This document shows positions 11,759-23,440 of a DNA stretch of 64,000 nt, one piece after another; the first letter of the stretch is position 1; every line of letters starts with the position of its first letter. The translations under genes were made by a program, and so were the position numbers. The notes beneath the pieces were generated by a model. That model worked only from the letters and a program-made list of their open reading frames with translations. It was not told the DNA's origin and did no database searches. The DNA comes from Eledone cirrhosa (Eukaryota): positions 90,396,001-90,460,000 of the forward strand of contig OZ024746.1 of NCBI GenBank assembly GCA_964016885.1. Reading direction: 5' to 3'.

Positions 11759-12578
11759 TATTTGCTCGCAATAGTGAGAAATGGGGGGGGGGGGCAAGAG
11801 AGATAGAGACGATGACAAGTGGTAGTTCGAGGTTATGAACAGAACACGTGATATAATAGAGAACTGTCATGCAGAAGTATGACGAAGTATGTTTTTTATA
11901 TTTTGAACCAAGTTATCACAATTTTTTTTAATGACTTTAGACCTATATATAAAGTACACACACATATTCCAATTCGTTATTCCGGTTTGGGATCGGGTGC
12001 CGTGCTAGATGCCTCAGACTTGATGTTTTCCTCTCATTATTCAAACCAAATATTTCTCATTCAAAGGGAAATAATTTTGATTTTTTGGGGTGGGTTTTCA
12101 CTCCGTAACACACTAAACAAGAGTTGTTTCCCCTTGTGTGAAAACTACTCTCCGGTCTGTGAAAACTACTCTCGACTCACACACACTTATTAATGTTTCA
12201 GATTTTTCACCCCAACTTAATAAATTTTGCTTGTCTAATTTATCTTTGTCGAAATTTTAGTTCAAGTGGTAGCATTCCTGCAACAATTAATTTTATTCAG
12301 ATATTAAATACATGACAAAGTACATTACTAGAAATCCCATATGTTATAAAATAAATAGGGTGTTGTTTAGTATGTAAACTAAACAACTAATTCGGTTTTT
12401 TTTAAATAATCAAGGGAGACTACCTAGAAAAATTACTGATTTTCCATGACCCACTTATTCGAACTCACTTGTTTGCAAATAATCCCAAAGTGAAAATTCT
12501 TTCCATTCAGTGAATTGTGGTAAAATCCAGAACTAAAATTGAAATGAAAAAAAGTCAAACAAAAGCACAAACAAATAA

Positions 12579-13295
12579 TAATTGTTTCTACTTTTATCAC
12601 AAGGCCAGCAAATTACCCAGTACATTACTGGTACTTTATTTTATCGACCCCGTAAGGATGAAAAGCAAAGTTAACCTCGGCGGGATTTGAACTCAGACCA
12701 TAAAGGGCCGTAACTCTATGCTGCAAAGCATAGCGTCCGACCCTCTACCAATACTGCCAATCCACCACTCTATATATAATAATAATAGTTTCTTATATAG
12801 GCACAAGGCCAGCAATTACCCAAGTGTATTACTGGTACTTTATTCTATATAATAATAATAATTTCTTATATAGGCACAAGGCCAGCAATTACCCAAGTGT
12901 ATTACTGGTACTTTATTCTATATAATAATAATGATTTCTTATATAGGCACAAGGCCAGCAATTACCAAAGTGTATTACTGGTACTTTATTCTATATAATA
13001 ATAATGATTTCTTATATAGGCACAAGGCCAGCAATTACCCAAGTGTATTACTGGTACTGTATTCTATATAATAATGATGATGATTTCTTATATAGGCACA
13101 AGGCCAACAATTTTGGGGGATGGGGAAAGTCGATTAAATTGACCCCAGTGCATGACTGGTACTTTATTTTATTGACCCAGTAAGGATGAAAGGCAAAGTT
13201 AACCTCACCTGGATTTGAACCCAGAACACAAAGGGCCAAAACTGTTTGCCACGAAGCAATGTGTCTGACACGCTACCGATACTACCAATCCACCG
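12579..13295 (-). mobile_element. SINE family A cluster: full copy, about four tandem ~68-bp copies of the SINE 3' part, and another full copy
   Basis: Full copy at 12579-12766; TTTCTTATATAGGCACAAGGCCAGCAATTACCCAAGTGTATTACTGGTAC repeated across 12788-13060; full copy at 13083-13295. Confidence 0.85.
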
Positions 13296-13304
13296 TCTTA
13301 ATAA

Positions 13305-15800
13305 TAATTTTGGAAAACAGTATGGGGAACAGAAAAACCCCATAATGCAAATGGATAAAGAACATGGAAGAGACATACAATAATTTCGAAAGACAGACTT
13401 AGCAAGACAGAACTATGTAAGAACTGGAGTTGGCATGACAGAACTATGGAAGAACTGGAGTTGGCACTAAAGAAAGCCAACAAATGGAAATTTCCTGGGG
13501 TTGATTTGAAAGACACACTAAGCAAGACAGAACTATGGAAGAACTGGAGTTGGCACTAAAGAAAGTCAACAAATGGAAATTTCCTGGGGTTGATAAAGTG
13601 CCAAACTTCTGGTTATCTTCTCTATTACCCATGATATATTGGTAAAATGTGATGACAAAATTATGCATAATCCTGAGAAAACTCCTGACTGGTTTGCACA
13701 GGGTATAACATATCTCCTGCCAACATAGACAGAAACAAATATCCTCCAAAATTCTCACCTCAATCTTGACTGAACAACCTACAAATTTATGGATCAAAAT
13801 CACCTCTTCTCTATTGAGCAGAAAAGGTTTTGCCGTGGGTCTTATTGGTGCAAAGACCAACTTCTCATTAACCATATGATTCTAGAAAACTGTCATAAAA
13901 TGTATAGAAATCAGAGTCCTGCTTGGATTGACTATAAGAAAGCATTTGACAGTGTTCCCCACTCATGGATTTTGAAAACTTTGGATGTTCTGAAGATTTT
14001 TCCTCAGTAATATCAAACTTCCTGAAATACATGTCTATATGGATTACAAACCTATCATTATCACACTATGATGGAATTATAAATTCCAGCAGCATAAGTA
14101 ACAACTGTGGTATTTTTCAGGGTGATTCATTTTCTCCTCTGATATTTTGTATTGCACTCACACCGCTGCCTTTAGCACTCAACAAAATAAAATATGGCTA
14201 CAAACTAGACAGAAAAATAATAAATCACCTGTTTTATATGGATGACTTGTAGCTGTATGCCAAAACTGGCAACGAATTTGAAGAACTACTGAAGACAGTT
14301 AAGGTGTTCAGCAGTGATGTGGGGATGGAGTTTGGATTGGAAAAATGCACCAAAGCAAAATTAAAGAAAGACAGAATGACAAACACAAACTCAATGGAAA
14401 TAGATGTGAATACAGTAATTAGGGAACTAGAACAGAAACAAGCATACAAATATCTAGGAATCAATGAAGGCCAAGGTATTCACCATGCCAGCATGAAAGA
14501 GAATCAGGAAGGAATGCTACAGGAGAGTACATGCTGTCATGAAAACAGAGCTTAACTCGAGAAATAAGCTATCTGCCATAAATGCTCTTGTAATCCCTGT
14601 TGTCATCTACAGTTTCAATATTATAAAATGGACACCAAAATCAGGGAACTTTTGACCTCATAGAATACATTACCCAAAAGCAAATGTGGATCATCTCTAT
14701 CTCCCTAGACAAAACGGAGGTAGTGGAATGATCCAGCCCAAGCTGTCATACAAGTTATCGAGCATTGGACTCAATCAGTACCTTACAACCACAGAGGACT
14801 GGATAATGAAAATGGTTTCACAAAGAAAAGTAGAAAGTTTGCAGAACAATGTGGAATACATTTTGAAAATGATGGTAATTTTGCAATTAAAGCAGCAAAG
14901 AACATAAAAATATTAGTAAAACATAAAGGTCAACAGAGACTGTGCACTAAATGGGAGCAAAAACCACTGCATGGGCAGTATGTTCTCCGTAGTAAAGAAC
15001 CTGATGTAGATCAAACCTTCACCTAGCAGTGGCTACAGAGTTCTTTCAATATGCAACTTTCAAGCCAATGTGATCAGAAATGGAACTGACCAAAAGTGTC
15101 AATTCTGTGATGAGTAAGTTGAGAACATTGACCACCTGGTTTCAGGCTGCAAAGTTGATTAAATTGACCCCAGTGCGTGACTGGTACTTTATTTTATTGA
15201 CCCCGTAATGATGAAAGGCAAAGTTAACCTCAGCAGGATTTGAACTCAGAACACAAAGGGCCGAAACTGTTTGCCACGAAGCAATGTGTCTGATGTAGTA
15301 CCAATACTACCAATCCACCGTCCTAATAAAAATTTTGGAAAACAGTATGGGGAACAGAAAATTCCCATAATGCAAATAGATAAAGAACATGAAGAGACAT
15401 ACCTGGAAAGACAGAACTATGGAAGAACTGGAGTTGGCACGACAGAACTATGGTAAGTAAGTATAAAGAAAGATCTATCAGTTGAAGCTGAGAAAATGTG
15501 GCATCTCAAGGCCTGTACAATACCAATGATAGTAGGTGCACTTGAAATGATAAAAAAAGGAGCTGCAAGCGATACAGAAAATAGCACTGACTAGTACTGT
15601 CCATGTCCTAAGAAGGACATTTTCAATTTAAAACTTTGCAAGGACATTTACTGTTGTTTGTGCCCCTGTGGCATCATTTGTGTGACAACTGATTGTAAAA
15701 TGTGTGGATTATTAAATTTTACCTCAGCTGTCAGGTTGACACTTGGCATGATTTGGGAAAGAAACAGAATTCAAAGGAATTTTTAAATTAAAAAAAAAAA
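13305..15800 (+). mobile_element. Dong/R4-clade LINE, 5' truncated and decayed
   Basis: Motifs AWIDYKKAFDSVPHSWI, GIFQGDSFSPLIFC, INHLFYMDDL, GMEFGLEKC, LYLPRQNGGSG, KPLHGQY, CCHC knuckle CQFC..ENIDHLVSGC and C-terminal IPMIVGAL. Ends in A-rich/(TAA)n sequence. Confidence 0.85.
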
Positions 15801-16089
15801 AATAATAATAATGATTTCTTTATTTACCATAAGGGTTAACATCAAGAAAAACATTATGATGGCACAGGACAGAAACATAGTGTATGTATATGTGTGTGTG
15901 CCATCATCATCATCATCATCATCATTTTACATTTGCTTTTCCCTGTTTGCAAGGGTGGGACGGGAACTGATTCTGGCTTGATTCTACATGCCCTTCCTAA
16001 CACCAACCTCATTTACAGTGTGGGCTGGGTGCTTTTTTGCTGTGGCACCTCCACGACCACTTTGCAATGGAATGATATGGACCCCAGTC

Positions 16090-16240
16090 CCTATCATCTC
16101 ATTTCTACAGCTGAGTAAACTGGAGCAATGTGAAATAAAGTGTCTTGCTCAAGGAAACAACACATCACCTGGTCTGAGAATTGAACTCACAACCTTTCGA
16201 TTTCAAGGCCAATGCTCTAACCACTAAGCCATGTGCCTCC
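16090..16240 (-). mobile_element. tRNA-derived SINE (family B)
   Basis: GGAGGCACATGGCTTAGTGGTTAGAGC...GAGTTCAATTCTC...CCTTGAGCAAGACACTTTATTTCAC; related copies at 58145-58420 and 59061-59230. Confidence 0.75.
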
Positions 16241-16274
16241 TGTGTGTGCGTGTATATGTATATGTGTGTGTGTA

Positions 16275-17365
16275 GGTGTGTGGGTAAACAAATTTAACAA
16301 TGTTAAAAAAGAAAGATAACAATAAAAATTAAAACAAAGGAGTTTCCTCAATAGGGAAGAAATGTTTGAGGGTAACTCATGGAAAAAACCTCATAAAACC
16401 ATGGGTACCCTGATCTCTAGGGTTAGTGCCATGTTCCAGTTGTCCTCAAATCTACAGGTTCATACTCAGAGCAGGCTATGCTTACTTCTCTCCTCCACCT
16501 TTCAACTGATTTTCCTCTTCAAGTGAAACATGAAGAATCAGGGCTTTGCCAAATAGGAAAGTGTTTGTCTTCGAACCTTTCAAGCAAGTCCACCATTGTA
16601 CCTCTTTCACCATGGCCACAAGACAGATAAAAACAACCTACCCTTCCTGACTAAAGTAGGGTGGCAAGACAATCTTAACAATGGACTCGGCTGATAACTG
16701 GATTCATCCTACATGTGACAGCAGGTGTTCAACATAAACCAGTCAGCAATATTCAGACACTGTATGATTGCTTGCAGGATTGTTTCATTGTTCTGTCCAG
16801 ATCTCGGACAGGCCCAGCTGATGGCACTTCCATGCCTGTATCTCGAATTGGCAAAGCTCCTCAGTGCCATTTCCATGCCAGGGATTTCTGGAAATCATCC
16901 ATGGTATCTGGATCGAGTCCTACTGAAAAGTGTGGCTAGTTGATTTTTGTCAATGCCTAGATTTTCCCCAAGAATGTCATCACTTTCATCGACTACTAAC
17001 CCCCTATAGACTGCCAAGGTGGAGTTTCCACTGATCATACTGACTGATTGGCAGAGGGTTGTGGGCAGCTGAAGACATTCCACATTGCCAAGCATTCTCC
17101 TTCAGTCTCTGCTTGACCCAGAAGTGCAGCTCTGTTTAGGAGACGAGCTGGGGGGAAATGCATTTTTTCTGTTAAGGAAAAGATGGCGATGTCGTAAGCT
17201 TAGTGCATGTTTACGTATCATCAGTCATGGCATTCCAGTCCCCAACACAGCAGATGTTGACAGCAGAGGGACTGTCTGACCAACAGAACACTTCCCTTCC
17301 ATAAAAAGCGGAAGAGAAAACACTTCAGTGAAGTCTGACAGGGTTTAAGACAAAGCAAGATGGTA
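16275..17365 (-). mobile_element. L1/Tx1-like LINE ORF2 3' fragment
   Basis: Minus strand at ~17310-17190 reads LFRFLWKGSVLLVRQSLCCQHLLCWGLGMP, the L1/Tx1 'FLW...GGLG' region; many stops. Confidence 0.7.
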
Positions 17366-17424
17366 TTATATATATATATATTTATTTAAATATATATATA
17401 TACATATATACATATATATATATA

Positions 17425-18135
17425 TTGTTATACTTTGGGAGGGTCATGTTGCCAATAAGAAACACACGCACCAGTTGCTTTCACTTCAATTTATTATATA
17501 TTTATAAATTTATAAATTTATAAATTTCTGTTTGGTTGGCTGGTTCCACAACCAGATAGTTGTTTATATATAGTCATAGTTCTTTCGTCACACACTCTGT
17601 GACCTCTTCAGTGACTGGGGATTCCTTTCTTTGTTTCTGTGCCTCTCCTTTGTTCTGTCCTACGCCATTTTGTCTCTGTGTGTGTGTTGTGTGCTCAGTC
17701 TGCGCATGCGCCACATCCGGGTGTCTGTGTGTGTTTATGTTCATTTATTTATTTGTTTATTTACATGTTACTGGTTGGTTGTTTGTTCTATGTGTGTGTG
17801 TGTTTTCATTTTGACCTTAATTGTAAGTTGTGATGTTGCTGTTCCACTCATATTTCCTATTTAATTTTGGTTGTAATTCTTTTATGTTTATTGCCTCTGT
17901 AATTTGTCTAAACATTGCGTCTTTTCTGTGTGTAGATTCTATTTTTATTTCTATGTTCTCTAATTTACCCTTGTGTTCTATCTTAGCATGTTGGTAGAGT
18001 ACAGATGATTCTTTATTATCTTGAAGGTCTCGCCAGTGTTCATTTATCCAAAGTATAACAATATCCAAAGTATAACAATATCAGTTTCAACACACGATTT
18101 CAGATAAAGAATCTTGCTAAACAAATTCAGAAACG
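17425..18135 (-). mobile_element. Penelope-like element: GIY-YIG C-terminus, sense 3' pseudo-LTR with hammerhead, short inverted pLTR piece at the 5' junction
   Basis: ORF 17817-18068 reads EHW..SVLYQHAKIEH..RQITEAINIKELQPKLNRKYEW. The pLTR end CCAAAGTATAACAATAT occurs at 17425 (minus) and inverted at 18049-18082 (plus). Confidence 0.85.
17572..17616 (-). ncRNA. Minimal type I hammerhead motif (family A, best-preserved copy)
   Basis: AGTCA-CTGAAGA-G-GTCACA-GAGTG-TGTGAC-GAAA-GAAC-TA-TGACT: 5-bp stem I, 6-bp stem II, 2-bp stem III, CUA cleavage site. Confidence 0.8.
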
Positions 18136-18704
18136 ACATATATATATATATATATGTATATGTTTTGCAAGGTTTTTCATATGAAATCTTGTGTCGAAAC
18201 TGGTGTGGAGCAGGGAGACTGGTATGCATGGGTGTGTGTGTGTATACATATACATATATATGTATATATGTATATATATGTATATATATATATGTATAGG
18301 AAAATGTTTAACTCTGACGGCAGTGGTCAAGGTGTTTCGACGGCTATTTCTGGACTAAATTAGAATTTTTAGTGTGGTAATAAATAGTCGAACTTGTCAA
18401 GGGGTAATTCCTTATATGGGAAGATTATAGTTGTCAAAAGGATTGGTCAAAATTTCTTGTAAACACAATTAGATCTTTTATGGCAGTGGGTGGGTGTGGG
18501 GTGGCTGAACTTGCCTGTAGAACAATGAGGGAGTGGGTGTAGCCGGTCAAGCGTTGAAAGTGAATTCTATACAGCAAATTCTAAGGAGTGTGTGTGAAAT
18601 TAAGCTAGTTAGGAATGCTTCCTAACTAGCCTAAAGCATACTGAGAATAGGACGTTATAGATATGGTTAATAAATTGAGATTAAAAGATAATAAATAAAA
18701 AAAA

Positions 18705-19679
18705 AATGCGCATGCGTTTGCGCGTGTGTATAGTGTTTTGTTTGATGTGTGTTCGTGATTGGGTGGCTGTGTATTGGTTAATGTATTCTATCTTTACTAG
18801 TGTGTGTTTATATGTGTTTGTTGTTATTGTGCTTGTGTATGTATTTATTTATTTATTTATCTATTTATTTATTTATTTATTTATACTTCTCTTAGGTCAG
18901 TGTTGTTTGTTTGGGTGTTGTTGTTATTCCATTCATTCCTTCTGTTTAGTCTTGGCCTTCTAAGTTCTATTTCACTGGCCTCTCTGATTTGCCTATCTGC
19001 TGGGTCATTTCTATGTTTAGATATTATTCTAATTTCTATGTTGTCTATGTTACCGTCGTGTTGTTGTCTGGCATGTTCGTATAGTACTGACCCGTTTTTT
19101 CGTCCTTTTAGTTCCCCCCAGTGTTGGTCTATCATTTCACCTATGCTACGAGCTGTCTCGCCTATGTATGTTGTTGTCATGTTTCTGCAAGTACCCTCTG
19201 TACATCTTATGCTATAGACTACGTTTCTAGTTTTACAGTTTATCCGGGGGTTTACCATACATATGATACATTTCCTATTAGTACAGTGGGTTTTCAAACA
19301 AAACACTATACACACACGCAAACGCATGCGCAAAGAAGACAAAATAAAATAAACAAACAAATAAATAAATATATAAACAGACTAAATAAAGATGGCGTAG
19401 AAAATACAATGTAACGGGAGGAAACAATAGCACCACTGACGAAGTTGCAGATGTGCAACGAAAGATTTATGATAAACTATATATATGTGTTTGTGTCTAT
19501 ATTGTATCTGTATTATTTTTTACCGTTGGTCAGTCAATGGCAACATTGAGGACCGAATAAATTAGATTACCGATATAAAAGATACAGAAGCGAAAAGCGA
19601 AAACCAACCAAACAGTGAGTGAGTTCAGAAATACCCGTCGAAACGGCTTGAGCTCTGCCGTCGGGGTCCTGAACCTTTT

Positions 19680-19680
<1 letters not shown>
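18705..19680 (-). mobile_element. Penelope-like element: GIY-YIG endonuclease with inverted pseudo-LTR
   Basis: ORF 18881-19360 reads CIIC..NCKTRNVVYSIRC..TYIGET..HW..YEH..REASEI..PRLN. 18706-18744 is the inverted repeat of 19293-19331, and the plus-strand pLTR continues to ~19680. Confidence 0.9.
19431..19474 (+). ncRNA. Minimal type I hammerhead motif (family A)
   Basis: CACCA-CTGACGA-A-GTTGCA-GATG-TGCAAC-GAAA-GATT-TA-TGATA; stem I imperfect. Confidence 0.65.
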
Positions 19681-19729
<49 letters not shown>

Positions 19730-19824
19730 TATAAGCAAAGGGATATTTAATTTGTTGGTAATTCAACAAATATATATATTTATAACCGATTCGAAGCACT
19801 CGACAGTTTCCATTTATATATCAT

Positions 19825-19895
<71 letters not shown>

Positions 19896-20179
19896 ACATT
19901 ATACATACATCTACACATACAGATACCTATGTGATGACAGAAAGATGTGCGTGAATGTATGTCTGTGTGTATCTGTCTTAGTATATGTATGTGAGTGTAT
20001 GTGAGAGTATGTGTGTGAGAGTATGTATGTGTGTGTAATTGTACGTGTGATGATTTTTAGTTTCAGTTGGATAAAAACAATAGAACCTCATATTGTGTGT
20101 GTGTGAGTGAGTGTGTGTGTGTGTGCGTTCATTAGGTACGTTATTGAATAACACACATCTACACATACATAAATTACAC

Positions 20180-20383
20180 AATGGATATTGTTTACATAAG
20201 GTGCTTCAAGATTGACAGATTTTCATTTCTAAATTGTATTATCATTACAATTTTGATATTTTTTGTTATAAAATACAAATATTTTGAAATAGTTACGAGA
20301 AGAAAAAAACACATCTTCATATTTGTAGTTTACTAATCTGAATAAAACAGTAGTAACCCGAGCAACGCCGGGTAATTCAGCTA

Positions 20384-20384
<1 letters not shown>
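20180..20384 (+). mobile_element. Helitron 3' terminus (non-autonomous; 5' boundary uncertain)
   Basis: ACCCG-AGCAACGC-CGGGT hairpin followed by AATTCAG-CTAG|T at 20381-20384. Confidence 0.65.
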
Positions 20385-20417
<33 letters not shown>

Positions 20418-20418
<1 letters not shown>

Positions 20419-21118
20419 ATGTGTAATAGTAATAGGATGTGTAATAGTAATATACGTGAACGGCAAAGCATAAACGAACTAAGGAAAAAATTAGAAATAA
20501 GAGGGATCAGATGTTGTTTACTCGAGAGAAGGCTACGTTGGTATGGACACGTGATGCGCATGAAAGTCGATAGCTGTATAACAAAGTGCAGGGCAATAAA
20601 GATAGACGGTAGCCACGGAATAGGCAGACCTAGAAAAACCTGGGACGAGCTGATAAAATCCGACCTCACACACTTACACCTCTCCAAGACAATGTCACTG
20701 GACCGAGACCTTTGGCGGTACTCAGTAATAGAGAAGACCCGCCTTACCTAAATACATAGTAAAACCTACTACAGTCAGTAGGCATCTCTAACAAAATACA
20801 CCCCCGTCCCACCACCCCCACCCCATCCACACCACCCCCTTCTATGTAAAGTTATGTTGGTGCCACACCATCCAGGCCGAAACAAATGAGATCGTGTAGG
20901 TGTCACGACAAAAAAACACAGTCCACGCTGTAATGTGGCCGTGTAGGCAACACGGTAAAAACCTCCCAGACCCACACTGTAAATGTGGTTGGTGTTAGGA
21001 AGGACATCCAACTGTAGAAAACCTGCCAGACAGTCCTATGCCTCAAGTGGTAAAACCCCCGTCCAAACCCATGCAAGCGTGGAACACGGACGTTAAACGT
21101 TGATGATGATGATGATGA

Positions 21119-21122
<4 letters not shown>
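20418..21122 (+). mobile_element. RTE LINE 3' end
   Basis: RRLRWYGHVMRM...GRPRKTW, then 3' UTR and (GAT)n tail. Confidence 0.9.
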
Positions 21123-21157
<35 letters not shown>

Positions 21158-22151
21158 CAGAAGGGATATTCAATTTGTTGGTAATTCAACAAATATAAAT
21201 GTTTATAATTGATTCAGAGCACTCAACAACTTTTCTTGAGTATAATATACAATGATATTAAATAAATGGAAACTATATTTATATAACCATATTTATTCTA
21301 TTATATATATTTCAAGGGTAAAGAGACAGAACACACATCGCTATAGCGTTTCACCAGTCCCTTTCGATGTTGTCTGTATCTGTTTATGTATTTACGTGTA
21401 GATGTGTGTTTATGTAAGCAAAGTATAATGTACGTTATGAATGGACGACTAAATGATTTTAACTTGTTTTTTTTTAACAATTGTCTTAACTCAGGCCGCA
21501 ACTCATGATGTCTGACACTCTTAGCGGCTACATAGCCTCTTCCAAAAGGTATTGTCTGAGGAAAACATCTATGTGTGTGTGCCGAGGCATAACTAGGGAA
21601 AATAGCCCCTATGACAAGCACTGTTTTTTGCCTATGGAGGTCTAATAATTTATATAAATGGTTTAATGATCCAGCCACCATAGTGTTCTCACCCATGATA
21701 GAGACAGATCATACATCTGAAGGAGTTTCTTTTTTCACTCTTCGACGAGGCTTATTTGACTTGATGTGACGCCCATCATACTTGCCATATCCTAGTTGCG
21801 CCTCTGTATGCATATATGTTTGGGATATTTATGTATTAAAATGTTGAACTTATAAAAAGTTGTTGGAAATATGTTCAAGGGAATGCATAAATAACACGAA
21901 ATGTAGAACAAAATATTGTTTCGTTGTAAAATAATCACTCCAGATATTTTAGTCCCTTATTTACGTAGAAGTTGGTGAAAATCGGGAAAATATTGACTGC
22001 GAATATAAGTCGACCTCCCCAACGTACCATCGACTTATATTCGAGTATATACGGCAAGTCCAAATACAATATCAAAACTATGTTTTTAATTTCGAAAGCT
22101 CTTTGTAAAAACTATTAACTTAAAAGCATTTTTCTCTCTCTTAATTTCCTG

Positions 22152-22593
22152 ATAATAATGGTTTCTTATATAGACACAAGGCCAGCAATTTTGGGGGAGT
22201 GGAAAGTCGATTAAATTGACCCCAGTGCATGACTGGTACTTTATTTTATCGACCCCGTAAGGAGGAAAAGTCAAGTTAACCTCGGCGGGATTCGAACTCA
22301 GATCATAAAGGGCCATAACTCTATGCTGCAAGGGATTCGAACTCAGATCATAAAGGGCTATAACTCTATGCTGCAAAGCATGGCGTCCGACCCTCTACCG
22401 ATACTGCCAATCCACTGTGGATATTAAGAGATTTTATTCACTGTTGTATAAAAAGAGATATAATAATTGTTTCTATTTTTTGGCACAAGGCCAGCAATTA
22501 CCGGGATGGCGGGATTTGAACTCAGAACGTAAAGGGCCATAACTCTATGCTGCAAAGCATAGTGTCTGACGCTCTACCGATACTGCCAATCCA
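22152..22593 (-). mobile_element. Two SINE family A copies, one with an internal duplication and one with a deletion
   Basis: Copies at 22152-22415 and 22462-22593, similar to 443-626. Confidence 0.85.
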
Positions 22594-23440
22594 AAATACT
22601 TACAGAACGAAAGCACAAACAAATATAATATAAAGGAAAGTGAGAGGGAAAACAGAAAAAAAAAGAATGTAAAAGAAAGAGAAAAGATTTTAAAAAAACA
22701 AAAACATATCGCGAGGAGCACAGGGAAACCTTTCTAGTGATTTTTTAGGCAAGCCAGCACGTTGGCAACGTTACCTCGGGTCATGGCGAGGCTGTTTACT
22801 TTCAAACAACTGCTTTTAGATAATGGAAAATATAATAAAATAAAGAAATAAAAAAAAAAATTATGTCGTCAAAACAAATATAAATTTATAAATTTATATT
22901 TGTAATATTTCATTAAATAAATGGAGATAAAATTTGAAAGATAGAAAATTGTTTCTTACCAGCAAAGTTGATTTCTGTTTAGGTAACACCCAAAGCTTTA
23001 CAAAAATAGCTTCAAATATTTATCTAAAAAAAAAAGAAGCAACACACCTTCGTTTAAGTTTACACAATTACGTGGGTGTGTCTAAGATTGTCAATGAAGT
23101 TTGGTGTTAAAATTATGTGTAACACTTTACAGAATATATGATGTAAAGAATTGTCGATTCGTAACGAATAATAAACTTAAAATATGTCAACGAAAAAAAT
23201 AATAATGAGTAAAATAGGTATAATAATGATAGGTTTAGACTTGCTATTCCTGTTGACAACGTTTATTGTCCATTGTTCACGTTGGTTTCAATACTACTAT
23301 CTCACATTCTCTACACTTGACCCAATCTATTTTATTTCTTATGCAAATATATTCTGATTTGACTTTAGATAGGTCGTCTTGTAAGTTATAAACTATTGTA
23401 AATAAACCTATTTGTTAGTTAATAAATAGCACTAGGTATA

